Source: Lentibacillus songyuanensis
GTDB taxonomy: Bacteria; Bacillota; Bacilli; Bacillales; Amphibacillaceae
Reading direction: 5' to 3'
NCBI RefSeq assembly: GCF_039548255.1
Contig: NZ_JBCLVH010000012.1
Location: 76,354-116,353, forward strand
DNA: 40,000 nucleotides
Shown here piece after piece: positions 28,095 through 36,267 of the stretch (position 1 is its first letter; every line of letters starts with the position of its first letter). Both the position numbers and the translations under genes were made by a program. The notes under the pieces are model-generated. The model was not told where the DNA came from. It saw nothing but the letters and a program-made list of their open reading frames with translations, and searched no databases.

Positions 28095-28307
28095 ATGGAA
28101 ACTGGACAAATCGTCAGAGTTATAGACAAAGATAAGGTTCGTAATGACAAGCACTTGGAAGATAGCGCGCTGAAAATTATTGAGAAAAGCAATTTCGAGG
28201 GAGATATCACAAAAATTGAGGACGGCATCCATTTCGTTGGTTTTAGCAATGATCTCGGCTGGGTTACTCAGGGATACAAAGCAAAAGAAATTGAGGAGGT
28301 AAAATAA
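28095..28307 (+). CDS. Small hypothetical protein (70 aa) between holin and endolysin
   Basis: Its stop is 1 nt from the amidase ATG (TAATATG); no recognisable motif. Confidence 0.5.
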   Translation: METGQIVRVIDKDKVRNDKHLEDSALKIIEKSNFEGDITKIEDGIHFVGFSNDLGWVTQGYKAKEIEEVK

Positions 28308-28308
28308 T

Positions 28309-29526
28309 ATGGCTACTAAAAACGGTATTGAATATGTCGTAAAAAGATTGCCAAACAACAAACTGACTCTTAAAGCTACCAACCCAATGAAAGCAAAAGG
28401 ATATACTTTGCATAACACTTATAATGATGCGGCTGCATTGAGTGAAATAAGCTATATGCAGACAAATAACAATCAAGTGTCTTATCATTTTGCGGTGGAT
28501 AACTTAAGAATCGTGCGAGGTTTACCGCTAGATCGCAACGGTTGGCATGCTGGTGATGGAGGTAATGGTTACGGAAACAGAAACACTTTTGGAGTAGAAA
28601 TATGTTATTCGAAAAGTGGCGGAGAGCGTTATGACAAGGCTGAAACAAATGCAATCATGTTTGTGGCCAATGGATTAGTTGAAAATGGATGGGATATGTC
28701 AGACGTTCACAAACATCAGGATTGGAGTGGGAAGAACTGTCCTCATAGAATCTTGGCTCGTTCTCGCGGATGGCAAGGTATTTTAAAAGCGATAGAGAAA
28801 GAGTATAATAGATTAAAAGGTGGCAAGCCAAACAAGCCTAGCACTCCTTCCAAACCGTCAACTCCATCTAATGGCGGCGCTTATAAAGGAAATAGTATTG
28901 TAGACTATTTAAACGGCAAAGGTATTAATTCGAGTCCTGCCAATCGTAAGAAGTTGGCCAAGAAGTATGGCGTTAAGAATTACACTACTTCCGCAAAGAA
29001 GAATCTTGAATTATTGAACGCAATGAGAGACGAAAAAAAACCATCTAGCGGAGGCGGCAGCAAGCCGACAGGTAAATCAATCAGTAAAATGGCTGATGAG
29101 GTTATTGCTGGAAAGCATGGTTCAGGACACGAAAACAGACGCAAGTCTCTCGGAATAAGCAAATCCGAATACGAAAAAGTCCGTGCGGAGGTCAATAGAC
29201 GTTCCGGAGTGAAGTCCAAACCTAAACCTAGCGGAAAGTCTGTTTCTCAAATGGCTAAAGAAGTAATTGACGGAAAGCATGGTAATGGACATGCAGCAAG
29301 ACGTAAGTCGTTAGGAATTAGCCAGGCTCAATATAATAAGGTTAAAAATGAAGTCAACAAGCGATTGACTGGCAAATCGTCAGGCGGAGGAAAATCTATT
29401 GCGACTATGGCCAAGGAAGTTATTGCTGGAAAACACGGAAATGGTCACGCGGCCAGACAAAAGTCTCTTGGCATAAGTAAAGCGCAATATGAAAAAGTAA
29501 GAAAAGAAGTAAATAAGAAACTGTAA
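28309..29526 (+). CDS. Endolysin: N-acetylmuramoyl-L-alanine amidase (Amidase_2/PGRP) with three C-terminal CW_7-type cell-wall-binding repeats
   Basis: GWHAGDGGNGYGNRNTFGVEICYS...HKHQDWSGKNCPHRIL, followed by 3x MAxEVIxGKHGNGHxxRRKSLGISxxxYxKVxxEVNxx. Confidence 0.9.
   Translation: MATKNGIEYVVKRLPNNKLTLKATNPMKAKGYTLHNTYNDAAALSEISYMQTNNNQVSYHFAVDNLRIVRGLPLDRNGWHAGDGGNGYGNRNTFGVEICYSKSGGERYDKAETNAIMFVANGLVENGWDMSDVHKHQDWSGKNCPHRILARSRGWQGILKAIEKEYNRLKGGKPNKPSTPSKPSTPSNGGAYKGNSIVDYLNGKGINSSPANRKKLAKKYGVKNYTTSAKKNLELLNAMRDEKKPSSGGGSKPTGKSISKMADEVIAGKHGSGHENRRKSLGISKSEYEKVRAEVNRRSGVKSKPKPSGKSVSQMAKEVIDGKHGNGHAARRKSLGISQAQYNKVKNEVNKRLTGKSSGGGKSIATMAKEVIAGKHGNGHAARQKSLGISKAQYEKVRKEVNKKL
29071..29523 (+). 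repeat. Three in-frame tandem repeats (162/156-bp period) encoding CW_7-like modules
   Basis: Units start at 29071, 29233 and 29389, all in frame with the 28309 start. Confidence 0.85.
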
Positions 29527-29759
29527 ATATATCCACCTGTTTTTCGAGGGATATTACCGGTACAATAAGGGAAGGTTTTATCCCCAAAGGCACATGAAAC
29601 CCTGTGGATAAGTACACGTAATATACAGGTAATACACAAACCCTCCCCAAAGTGTTGATATATCAAGTACCCTCAGTTCTCAAAACGTTAATAGGATTGT
29701 TGATATACCAATGTTTGCAAAGGTTTTTTGGTGCAAGTTGGTGCAAATTAACGTTAATC

Positions 29760-30800
29760 TTATAAAGCATTTAACAGATTTAAAGCATCGGCATCTTGCT
29801 GGTGCTTTTTTTCTGGCATTAATTCTAGATAATAATTTTGTGTGGTTTGGATATTTATATGTCCTAATCGTTTTGATACATAAGCAATATCTATGTCTTG
29901 AGCAAATAAAAATGATGCGTGCGTATCTCTCAAACCATGAAACGTTGTTTTTTTAATGTCTAGTTTCTCTAGTAGTTCAGTCAACTGTTCAGATTGTTTA
30001 AATCCCCCAAAACTAAAAATATAACCATTTTCTTTAACAGGAATCCTACGAATAAGCTCATACACTTCTTTGTTTATAGAAACATCACGTTTTGCATTTT
30101 GTGTCTTCAATGAAGTATCGTCAGAGGTAGGACTGATGGAATGTCTAACTTCTATTCCGTATTCATAAAGACTCTCTGGTCGTATTGCTAGTAGTTCTCC
30201 ACGTCGCATACCTGTTTCTAATGCTAGTAATACAAGTACGTTGAATTCATCTTCTGTATGCTGTAAAACGTAATTGCGAAGCTTTTTAAAATCTGTAATA
30301 GATAAAGCTTTGTTTCGTTTAGGTGGGTTTTCACCACGTGTTTTCACTAAACGAGCAAAATCGTTTGTAATATAACCACGAGCGTATGCATCACGTAAAG
30401 ATGTTTTAATTTTAAGAAGCACTTCATGTGTTGTTTTTCGTGAATGTGTTTTCGCATATTCGTCAATTTTCTTCTGAACAACAATATCATTTAAATCTTT
30501 CAATTGGTTATCCTGAAATAAATTTCTAATAATGCCAGAAGTACGAACATAATTTTGAAATGTTGTTTCTTTAACATCATTAACCTTTACAAGGTAAATC
30601 CAATTCTCGAAGAAATCTGCAAATGTTGTTGTTCTGTGAGCGAGTTCTTTTCCTTCCCCTTTCGCTAATTCCATTTCTAAAGCCCAAAGATTTGCTTCTT
30701 TCTTTGTTGGAAAGGTTTGCGAAATCCTTTTATGTTGACCGTGTTTGTATAAAGAAACCTGTGCTCGATATGACTTTCCTCTTTTTACTATACTAGCCAT
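29760..30800 (-). CDS. int: Tyrosine site-specific integrase
   Basis: 346 aa; C-terminal catalytic pattern FHGLRDTHASF...LGHINIQTTQNYYLE (HxxR ... H ... Y); N-terminal SAM-like arm domain. Confidence 0.9.
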   Translation of the reverse strand: MASIVKRGKSYRAQVSLYKHGQHKRISQTFPTKKEANLWALEMELAKGEGKELAHRTTTFADFFENWIYLVKVNDVKETTFQNYVRTSGIIRNLFQDNQLKDLNDIVVQKKIDEYAKTHSRKTTHEVLLKIKTSLRDAYARGYITNDFARLVKTRGENPPKRNKALSITDFKKLRNYVLQHTEDEFNVLVLLALETGMRRGELLAIRPESLYEYGIEVRHSISPTSDDTSLKTQNAKRDVSINKEVYELIRRIPVKENGYIFSFGGFKQSEQLTELLEKLDIKKTTFHGLRDTHASFLFAQDIDIAYVSKRLGHINIQTTQNYYLELMPEKKHQQDADALNLLNAL

Positions 30801-30827
30801 ACTATCATCCCTCTCATAAAAATAGCT

Positions 30828-30880
30828 GATAGATGCTAGTTGAATACAATTATATTGTATTTCTAAACTAGCATCTTATC
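30828..30880 (-). promoter_or_regulatory. Long imperfect hairpin between xis and int
   Basis: gatagatgctagtt...aactagcatc(t)tatc forms an outer stem of 14 bp with one bulge. Inner stem aatacaat/attgtatt (8 bp, loop tat). On the - strand it is followed by cagctattttta. Confidence 0.45.
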
Positions 30881-30894
30881 AACTGTCGGCATTT

Positions 30895-31092
30895 TTAAAC
30901 GGAGTGCTTTTCGATAAAGTGTACTAAAGATTTCATTGTGTATCGTTCATGCTTGCCGATCATGAAACGCTCTAGCTCATCGTGTGGTCGGATATATTTA
31001 TCAAAGGATTTTGGATCAATACCTAAGAAGTCTGAGGCTTGTTCTCTTGTTAATAGATATGGATAATCCTTTGTAGCCATGTTGGTGCTCAT
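30895..31092 (-). CDS. xis: Excisionase-family HTH DNA-binding protein
   Basis: 65 aa; LLTREQASDFLGIDPKSFDKYI matches the excisionase/MerR-like HTH_17 pattern; lies directly upstream of int. Confidence 0.75.
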   Translation of the reverse strand: MSTNMATKDYPYLLTREQASDFLGIDPKSFDKYIRPHDELERFMIGKHERYTMKSLVHFIEKHSV

Positions 31093-31109
31093 ATGGCATC
31101 TTCTCCTTT

Positions 31110-31307
31110 TTATTCATATTCGTTTAATGCATTCAATGCACTTTCGGCACTAACTTTAATATTTGCTAAAATAGATTCGGGTGTATAGTTGTGTTTTTGA
31201 TAATCCGAATCACTGGTCTTTTTGTTGATTGTGCTTTCACCCTGTAAAACTGAGTCAACAATTTCAATCACATTCTTTATGTTTTCTCTTACTTTTGGCT
31301 TATTCAT
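31110..31307 (-). CDS. Small hypothetical protein (65 aa)
   Basis: ORF with aaaggagaag-like RBS context; no motif. Confidence 0.45.
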   Translation of the reverse strand: MNKPKVRENIKNVIEIVDSVLQGESTINKKTSDSDYQKHNYTPESILANIKVSAESALNALNEYE

Positions 31308-31314
31308 GTAAATA

Positions 31315-32472
31315 TCATCCTTCCCAAGGTTTACCTTCTAACAGATAAAGTGCCTTGTATTTATTCACCCAAGATATATGGTCATCATTGGGTTCGAACT
31401 CTTCATAGAAATGTTTATAGAAATAATCTATTAATTCCCGTGCTGTGCCATCGCCCCATATTTGTTCAACTTTCCACAATGTCGGAAGAAGACCAGAACC
31501 CTTAATTAAATGATCAATCGACTGCTCCAATAAGTTGTTTCGTGGTGATGGTGACTCAAAGTGAAAATCTTTCTGTTCCAACAAATCGAGCATTAATTTC
31601 GTAAGTTTATGTGGACGATTCGAGTTCGTGTAAAAGAACATGTATCGATCAATGATAGAACTCACAATTAAATCTTTGAGTTGTTCATCCGTATTACAAT
31701 GCTTTATCGCTTCCGTTAGCTGGTGCGCATAATCACCGGAATACTCTGCTTCAACACGTGTCCAGTCATCTACTTCTTTAGCTACATGGCGCATGTGTTT
31801 CATGATAGTTGTTCCTCTTTTTTATCATAAATGCGTAAATGCACTTTTGTATTTCTGCTTTTTGCCCCGATATACAATGTTTGAGCTTGAAAGTTTTTGG
31901 ACACATCGGACACTTTCGAGTTGTTTCTTTTGTATGGTTTTTCTTTATTGTCATTAATAACCTTTTGCAGATAACTTTTATTAGTACTTGCCATAGCGCA
32001 ATTCAGTCCTTTTCTCTTCAATTGAACGTTTTAATTTAGCGATATCAATGCCTTCATTAAAAAAGTCACAGCACATATCAATTCGTGAAAGTCTAAAAGA
32101 ATACTCATCAGCATCAATCAACTTAAAAAAGGTGTGTAAATGGATTGGTTCGTTAAATTCTTCTTCATATCGCTTCCGATATTCATGCCATGCGTAAGCG
32201 CTGAATTTGACTATGACACCCATTTTTGTGAATGCTTCATGATAAGCAATACAGAAGTAAAATGGTGCATTGATGAATGAATAGCCCACGGTATAACCTT
32301 CAGGTAGCTTAACGTCTGCTTCATCAAAGTCGTCGAATAGCTTATGCATTTTTGATTTAATCAAGAATGTGCCTATTAAGCTTTTTGCTATCCAGTCACG
32401 CCATTCGTCAAAGTCAAATACGCCTGTTGCCTGTAATACAAGTGTAAATTGGTCAATATCTGGTTTAATCAT
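31315..32472 (-). pseudogene. Rep_trans-family replication initiator/relaxase (Tn916 Orf20-like) interrupted by two frameshifts
   Basis: Family motifs are split over three ORFs: RIDMCCDF (31981-32472), TLYIGAKSRNTKVHLRIYDKKEEQ (31800-32021) and DDWTRVEAEYSGDYA (31315-31803). The outer fragments share one frame and the middle one is shifted. Confidence 0.65.
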
Positions 32473-32495
32473 GTTCTATTCACTCCTTTTCGTTC

Positions 32496-32688
32496 GAAAA
32501 ACTTTAGCGAAAGTTTTTCAAGTGTAAAAGCCCGTTATGACGGTATTGATTGTTGTTTTTGCTTCCTATCGGAGCTGGCGTGATTACCAAGACGCCAGCT
32601 CTCCTAAAGGAGAGAAGCACGGAGCGGAACCTTCCCCGCCTGAACGGCGGGTCCCCTTCCACTCTCTGTGCCGTCGTTCCTTAAGGAA
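32496..32688 (-). promoter_or_regulatory. Inverted-repeat-rich, locally GC-rich intergenic region; candidate oriT
   Basis: IRs: gaaaaacttt/aaagtttttc (32496-32519); gagctggcgt/acgccagctc (32572-32601); ctctcc/ggagag (32599-32614); cccgcc/ggcggg (32635-32651); palindrome ttccttaaggaa (32677-32688). Confidence 0.45.
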
Positions 32689-32691
32689 GAG

Positions 32692-34011
32692 CTAGGCGCT
32701 TTCATTCAAAAAGCTACAGTAAGGAACCATCAACAACCGTGGCTTGTCTGCGCTGGCTAACCCTGGATAGCTGTATACCCCTTGACCAGCAGTAAACTGA
32801 ACTAAAGGTATATCCACACCTGAAGAAAACAGAGTTCTATAGGTTTGCTCATCGCTATCACCTAAAGCAATCTTTAAGACGAGCTGTTCTCTAATCGCTG
32901 TTGGCATCGTCTGAGCATTCATTTGTTGTGTCGCTATCCATAGAATACACCCTAGTTGACGTCCCATGAAGGCAACGTCAGAGAGTATACTATCGACTTC
33001 ATCACGTTCCTTTTTCGACAAAGTCTTCCATGATTCTCTCAATGCTCCGAACTCATCTATAAGTAGAATTAAAGCTGGTAAACCAGCGTCCTTATACGTT
33101 TTGTTGCGATTCGATATGAAATAATCTTGCAACTCATCTTGTCGTTCATTCATACGCTCATGAAATTGTTTAATTAGTTCAATCGCATTTGTTTTGTCGG
33201 CAGTTCGATCATCACCAATGGTACGTTTAGCCATTTGGTATACATCTGTACGCTTTGGATCAATAATGAATAACTCATGATTGACACTTTTTGATAATAC
33301 TTGTTCAACTAGCATTTGAACAAGTAGTGATTTACCTCCACCTGTCTGGCCGCTAAGACCCATATGATGAAACGGAACAGTTGCACGTTCATCTAAACGT
33401 AAGGCGTAATCGTCTGCTGTCATGTTTGACCATTCAATCAAATCATTTGCTGATTTAATCTCAAGTTGCTTTTGTGAATCTACAGCATAAAATTCATAGA
33501 TGTAGTAATTACGGTTCTTAGACAAATACTGACGTTCACTTAAATATCCATTTAATGCTGAATCAATTCTCATGTCTTCTAATTTTTTGTCGAATTTAAT
33601 TGAGTTTTGGATTAGCACTTTTCCTGATTTTCTAGCTCGATTATCATCAAATTCAATTTTGATTTTCGGTAATCTAACTAAACGATTATCAAACTCACGT
33701 TCATCTTCGAATCTAGCATCTTTAATATGCCTTCTTATGCGTTTTACCATCGAATAATAATGCGCAGAAAAAAGTGGTCCAAACCATAGTTTATTGCGAA
33801 ATGACCAACTAACGAATAAGCCAATTTTCATCAGACCAACAGGAACCAAGAAGATATTTGACTCAACATGTGGAAGCTGTAATATCGTTATTTGTTCTGC
33901 AATCAATGGATACAGTTTATAAAAGAAAAACCATAAAACGAGAAGCAATCCAATGATTAGAAACGAAATAAACCCACGCTGCATTCGGTATGTTTTCTTC
34001 ACGTAATTCAC
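32692..34011 (-). CDS. FtsK/SpoIIIE-family DNA translocase / coupling-type ATPase (Tn916 Orf21-like)
   Basis: 439 aa; N-terminal TM segments; Walker A GLSGQTGGGKS; Walker B ALILLIDEFG. Confidence 0.85.
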   Translation of the reverse strand: MNYVKKTYRMQRGFISFLIIGLLLVLWFFFYKLYPLIAEQITILQLPHVESNIFLVPVGLMKIGLFVSWSFRNKLWFGPLFSAHYYSMVKRIRRHIKDARFEDEREFDNRLVRLPKIKIEFDDNRARKSGKVLIQNSIKFDKKLEDMRIDSALNGYLSERQYLSKNRNYYIYEFYAVDSQKQLEIKSANDLIEWSNMTADDYALRLDERATVPFHHMGLSGQTGGGKSLLVQMLVEQVLSKSVNHELFIIDPKRTDVYQMAKRTIGDDRTADKTNAIELIKQFHERMNERQDELQDYFISNRNKTYKDAGLPALILLIDEFGALRESWKTLSKKERDEVDSILSDVAFMGRQLGCILWIATQQMNAQTMPTAIREQLVLKIALGDSDEQTYRTLFSSGVDIPLVQFTAGQGVYSYPGLASADKPRLLMVPYCSFLNESA

Positions 34012-34028
34012 ATCCTAATATTGTGATT

Positions 34029-34048
34029 CCGCCCCTTTTCAGGGGCGG
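34029..34048 (-). other. GC-rich 8-bp hairpin with GAAA loop (on the - strand) between the small ORF and the ftsK-like gene
   Basis: ccgcccct tttc aggggcgg on the + strand. Confidence 0.5.
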
Positions 34049-34101
34049 TCACATGCATTGAAATGATAATGATAGAAAGGGAACTAATTGTCCCCTGTTC
34101 T

Positions 34102-34461
34102 TTATTTTGGTTGAGTAATTTCCACATCATCTGCTTTAACAGAAAGTTCACTCATGAACGTTCCATACACAGAAGCTGTCGGATTTACAAACGTGATTTT
34201 ACTGAACTTTTTATACTCTTTTGGAGGCTGAGAGACCTTAACCACAATCTTTTCTCCTGCATTAAGGTCAGGTGCTACTTCTTCCCCTGTGTATTTTGTT
34301 CGATCGGTTGCAATTACCGTTTTGTACTTAGTACCTACGACTTTAGGGTTCTTTCCGTCCGCATCGTATTCTTTCCAGTCCTCGTGTGACATCACTCGTA
34401 CATCCTTGTCCTTGAAGAACCCTACTGCGTCAAAGACGTTAAATTGGCGTAATTTTTTCAT
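34102..34461 (-). CDS. Small conserved conjugative-element protein (possibly DUF961-like, as Tn916 orf22/23)
   Basis: 119 aa; first gene of the - strand module, upstream of the FtsK-like gene. The family assignment is from position and memory only. Confidence 0.4.
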   Translation of the reverse strand: MKKLRQFNVFDAVGFFKDKDVRVMSHEDWKEYDADGKNPKVVGTKYKTVIATDRTKYTGEEVAPDLNAGEKIVVKVSQPPKEYKKFSKITFVNPTASVYGTFMSELSVKADDVEITQPK

Positions 34462-34494
34462 GTGAAGAATTCATCCTTTCCCTATGGATATTTT

Positions 34495-34600
34495 GATTGA
34501 GGCCTCAATCTATTTACATCCTACCACGTTGCCTTTGTCGAATCTATGGCAGATAAAGCGCGCGCATCTATGGATATTTCTTTTGTAATGGTGTTATAAT
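34495..34600 (+). promoter_or_regulatory. Divergent promoter/operator region
   Basis: Perfect 16-bp palindrome gattgaggcctcaatc (34495-34510). Direct repeats ctatggatattt (34482 and 34568) plus ctatggcagata (34544). Extended -10 tgttataat (34592-34600). Confidence 0.45.
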
Positions 34601-34629
34601 TAAATAAAACATGAAGGGGTTCGTTGCAC

Positions 34630-35355
34630 ATGCATAAGTATTATGGCAAGGAAGAAATATTAACGTTAATAGACAAACGATTTGGTTATGAATTTGAGGG
34701 GAAAGAAAAGGATGATCATCTGATTAGCTCGAAAGCATGGAATAAATATTATAGAGATTTTTTTGAAGCGAAAGAGGATAAATTATATGAGACATTAAAA
34801 CATGATGAATGGGACAAAATAGATAATCTGATTGATGACGAAAAAAATAGAAGAACTAAAAGTAATAATAGATATAAAAAATACAGAGAAGACCTTGTAG
34901 AAGAAATTATTGCATTTCATGAAAAGCAACTAATAGATCAACGGAATGGTAATCGAAAAACGACTATAGACCATCACGCCATAAAAATGTTTGAACGTTT
35001 TGCAGAGGCGTTAGGAACAAAAGTTGATGAAAGTATTTATGAAAAAAGAATACCAAAAACAAAATACAACAAAATGATGAACGAAAGAGTTCCTTCACCT
35101 ACGAAAGAAGAAATAATGGAAAGGAAAGAGCAATTAGTAAATATTATATTTGAACAATTAATAGATGAGGATAAGTTCAATGATGATATACAAGAGCATT
35201 TCATTAGTAATAATTTAATTCATGGTTTGACAACCCCTCTCAAAGCCATTGAAGACGAGGGTGAGTGGTTAGGGTTTCAAATTGATGCTAAAAATTATTT
35301 GAAAGAAAATGTAAAGCAAGAAATCATTAATGATATTAAAGAGTCATCTAAATAA
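34630..35355 (+). CDS. Hypothetical Lys/Glu-rich protein (about 241 aa), unknown function
   Basis: ATG 10 nt after GAAGGGG (the ORF track starts at TTG 34624); AT-rich codon usage; no recognisable motif. Confidence 0.6.
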   Translation: MHKYYGKEEILTLIDKRFGYEFEGKEKDDHLISSKAWNKYYRDFFEAKEDKLYETLKHDEWDKIDNLIDDEKNRRTKSNNRYKKYREDLVEEIIAFHEKQLIDQRNGNRKTTIDHHAIKMFERFAEALGTKVDESIYEKRIPKTKYNKMMNERVPSPTKEEIMERKEQLVNIIFEQLIDEDKFNDDIQEHFISNNLIHGLTTPLKAIEDEGEWLGFQIDAKNYLKENVKQEIINDIKESSK

Positions 35356-35400
35356 AATAGATGTAAATCACAGACGAGCTATGTATTTTCCCTTTTCAGC

Positions 35401-35543
35401 TCTCCTAATTGTAATCTCCTAATGCGTCCGTAGAGAATGGACGCATTATCGATTAGGTAAAGGGTCTTCGTTCTTCGGATGTTATGAGTCAGCCAAGTAG
35501 GATAAGGGTGCGTAAGAAAGCAATTAACGCTTTTAACGCACCC
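35401..35543 (+). ncRNA. Candidate structured leader/ncRNA (or single-strand promoter-like element) upstream of the radC-like gene
   Basis: 9-bp stem aatgcgtcc/ggacgcatt (35421-35447). Two-tier stem gggtgcgt...acgcaccc (35506-35543) with inner aaagc/gcttt. Direct repeats tctcctaat x2 and ttaacgc x2. Lies in a 324-bp gap between + strand genes. Confidence 0.35.
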
Positions 35544-35679
35544 TAATTCATTGGGCTTCCTCAAAACATATACGAATCACTTGATAGCTTTTCTACTTAC
35601 GCCACTTGACATTAATCGATGCGAAGATTCTTTGTGTGGTGACCAAAAAGGTCAAAAAATCATAGAGAGGTTGATCTAG

Positions 35680-36123
35680 ATGGAAACCATTTTAGAAGTT
35701 GTTCGCATCGAGCAAATTATTCGTGAGGCAGATGAGGGTGTTGATTATGTTGTCCGTAGCCCAGAAGATGGAGCAAAGATTGCATCTCGCTTTATTGGGC
35801 GTGATGATCGTGAAGTATTCTTTGTTATGTGCTTAAACACTAAAAATAATGTGATTGCAGTTCATCGTTGTCATGTTGGTTCATTAAATTCCTCCATTGT
35901 ACATCCGCGTGAAGTGTTTAAATCAGCAATACTTAATAACGCGGCAAGTGTCATAGTTGCGCATCAGCATCCAAGTGGTGACATAAAACCTTCAATGGAA
36001 GATATTAACGTTACAAAAAGATTAGTCGATGCTGGGAAGTTACTTGGGATTGAAGTGCTTGATCACTTAGTGGTGAATAATGACAACAGTTTTACCAGTT
36101 TAAAAGAAAGAGGACATATTTAA
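35680..36123 (+). CDS. radC: RadC-like JAB/MPN-domain protein (short mobile-element form)
   Basis: 147 aa; JAMM motif VAHQHPSGDIKPSMEDINVTKRL. Confidence 0.88.
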   Translation: METILEVVRIEQIIREADEGVDYVVRSPEDGAKIASRFIGRDDREVFFVMCLNTKNNVIAVHRCHVGSLNSSIVHPREVFKSAILNNAASVIVAHQHPSGDIKPSMEDINVTKRLVDAGKLLGIEVLDHLVVNNDNSFTSLKERGHI

Positions 36124-36146
36124 AGGGAGAAACATCCCTTTTTTTC
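36123..36146 (+). terminator. Rho-independent terminator after radC
   Basis: aaggga gaaaca tccctt followed by a T run. Confidence 0.7.
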
Positions 36147-36267
36147 TTCAATGACATCAAATGATTCAATAGAGTACTTTATGATAGAATAGAATTAGAA
36201 AGCTACGTGTAGAAATAGTGAATGATTGAAGAACAGATATTTATTAATATGTGGGGGCAGGAGTAAT

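Larger units (their letters stand above)
1..29526 (+). mobile_element. Late (packaging, head, tail, lysis) region of a PBSX/skin-like contractile-tailed prophage or phage-like element; the left end lies outside the window and the right end is approximate
   Basis: Uninterrupted + strand operon with overlapping stop/start codons and GGAGG RBSs. Gene order mirrors B. subtilis PBSX xtmA...xlyA: terminase, portal, XkdF, capsid, sheath, tube, XkdN, tape measure, LysM XkdP, XkdQ-U, fibres, XhlA, holin, amidase. Confidence 0.9.

Noticed and set aside
29420-29956. Short ORFs at the junction (29420-29650 -, 29445-29666 -, 29711-29956 +)
   Set aside because: They overlap the endolysin 3' end or the integrase in antisense and have no RBS.
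29760-30800. The integrase as the prophage's own integrase
   Set aside because: It is co-oriented and contiguous with the xis, Rep_trans and FtsK-like genes of a conjugative-type module, and it sits at the lysis end of the phage rather than the lysogeny end. It more likely belongs to the adjacent island, though this needs att-site mapping.
34063-34389. 108-aa + strand ORF
   Set aside because: It is antisense to the better-supported 119-aa - strand gene and spans the GC-rich hairpin.
35379-35564. 61-aa - strand ORF in the radC upstream gap
   Set aside because: It has no RBS, is oriented against both neighbours, and the region is better explained by stem-loop structures.
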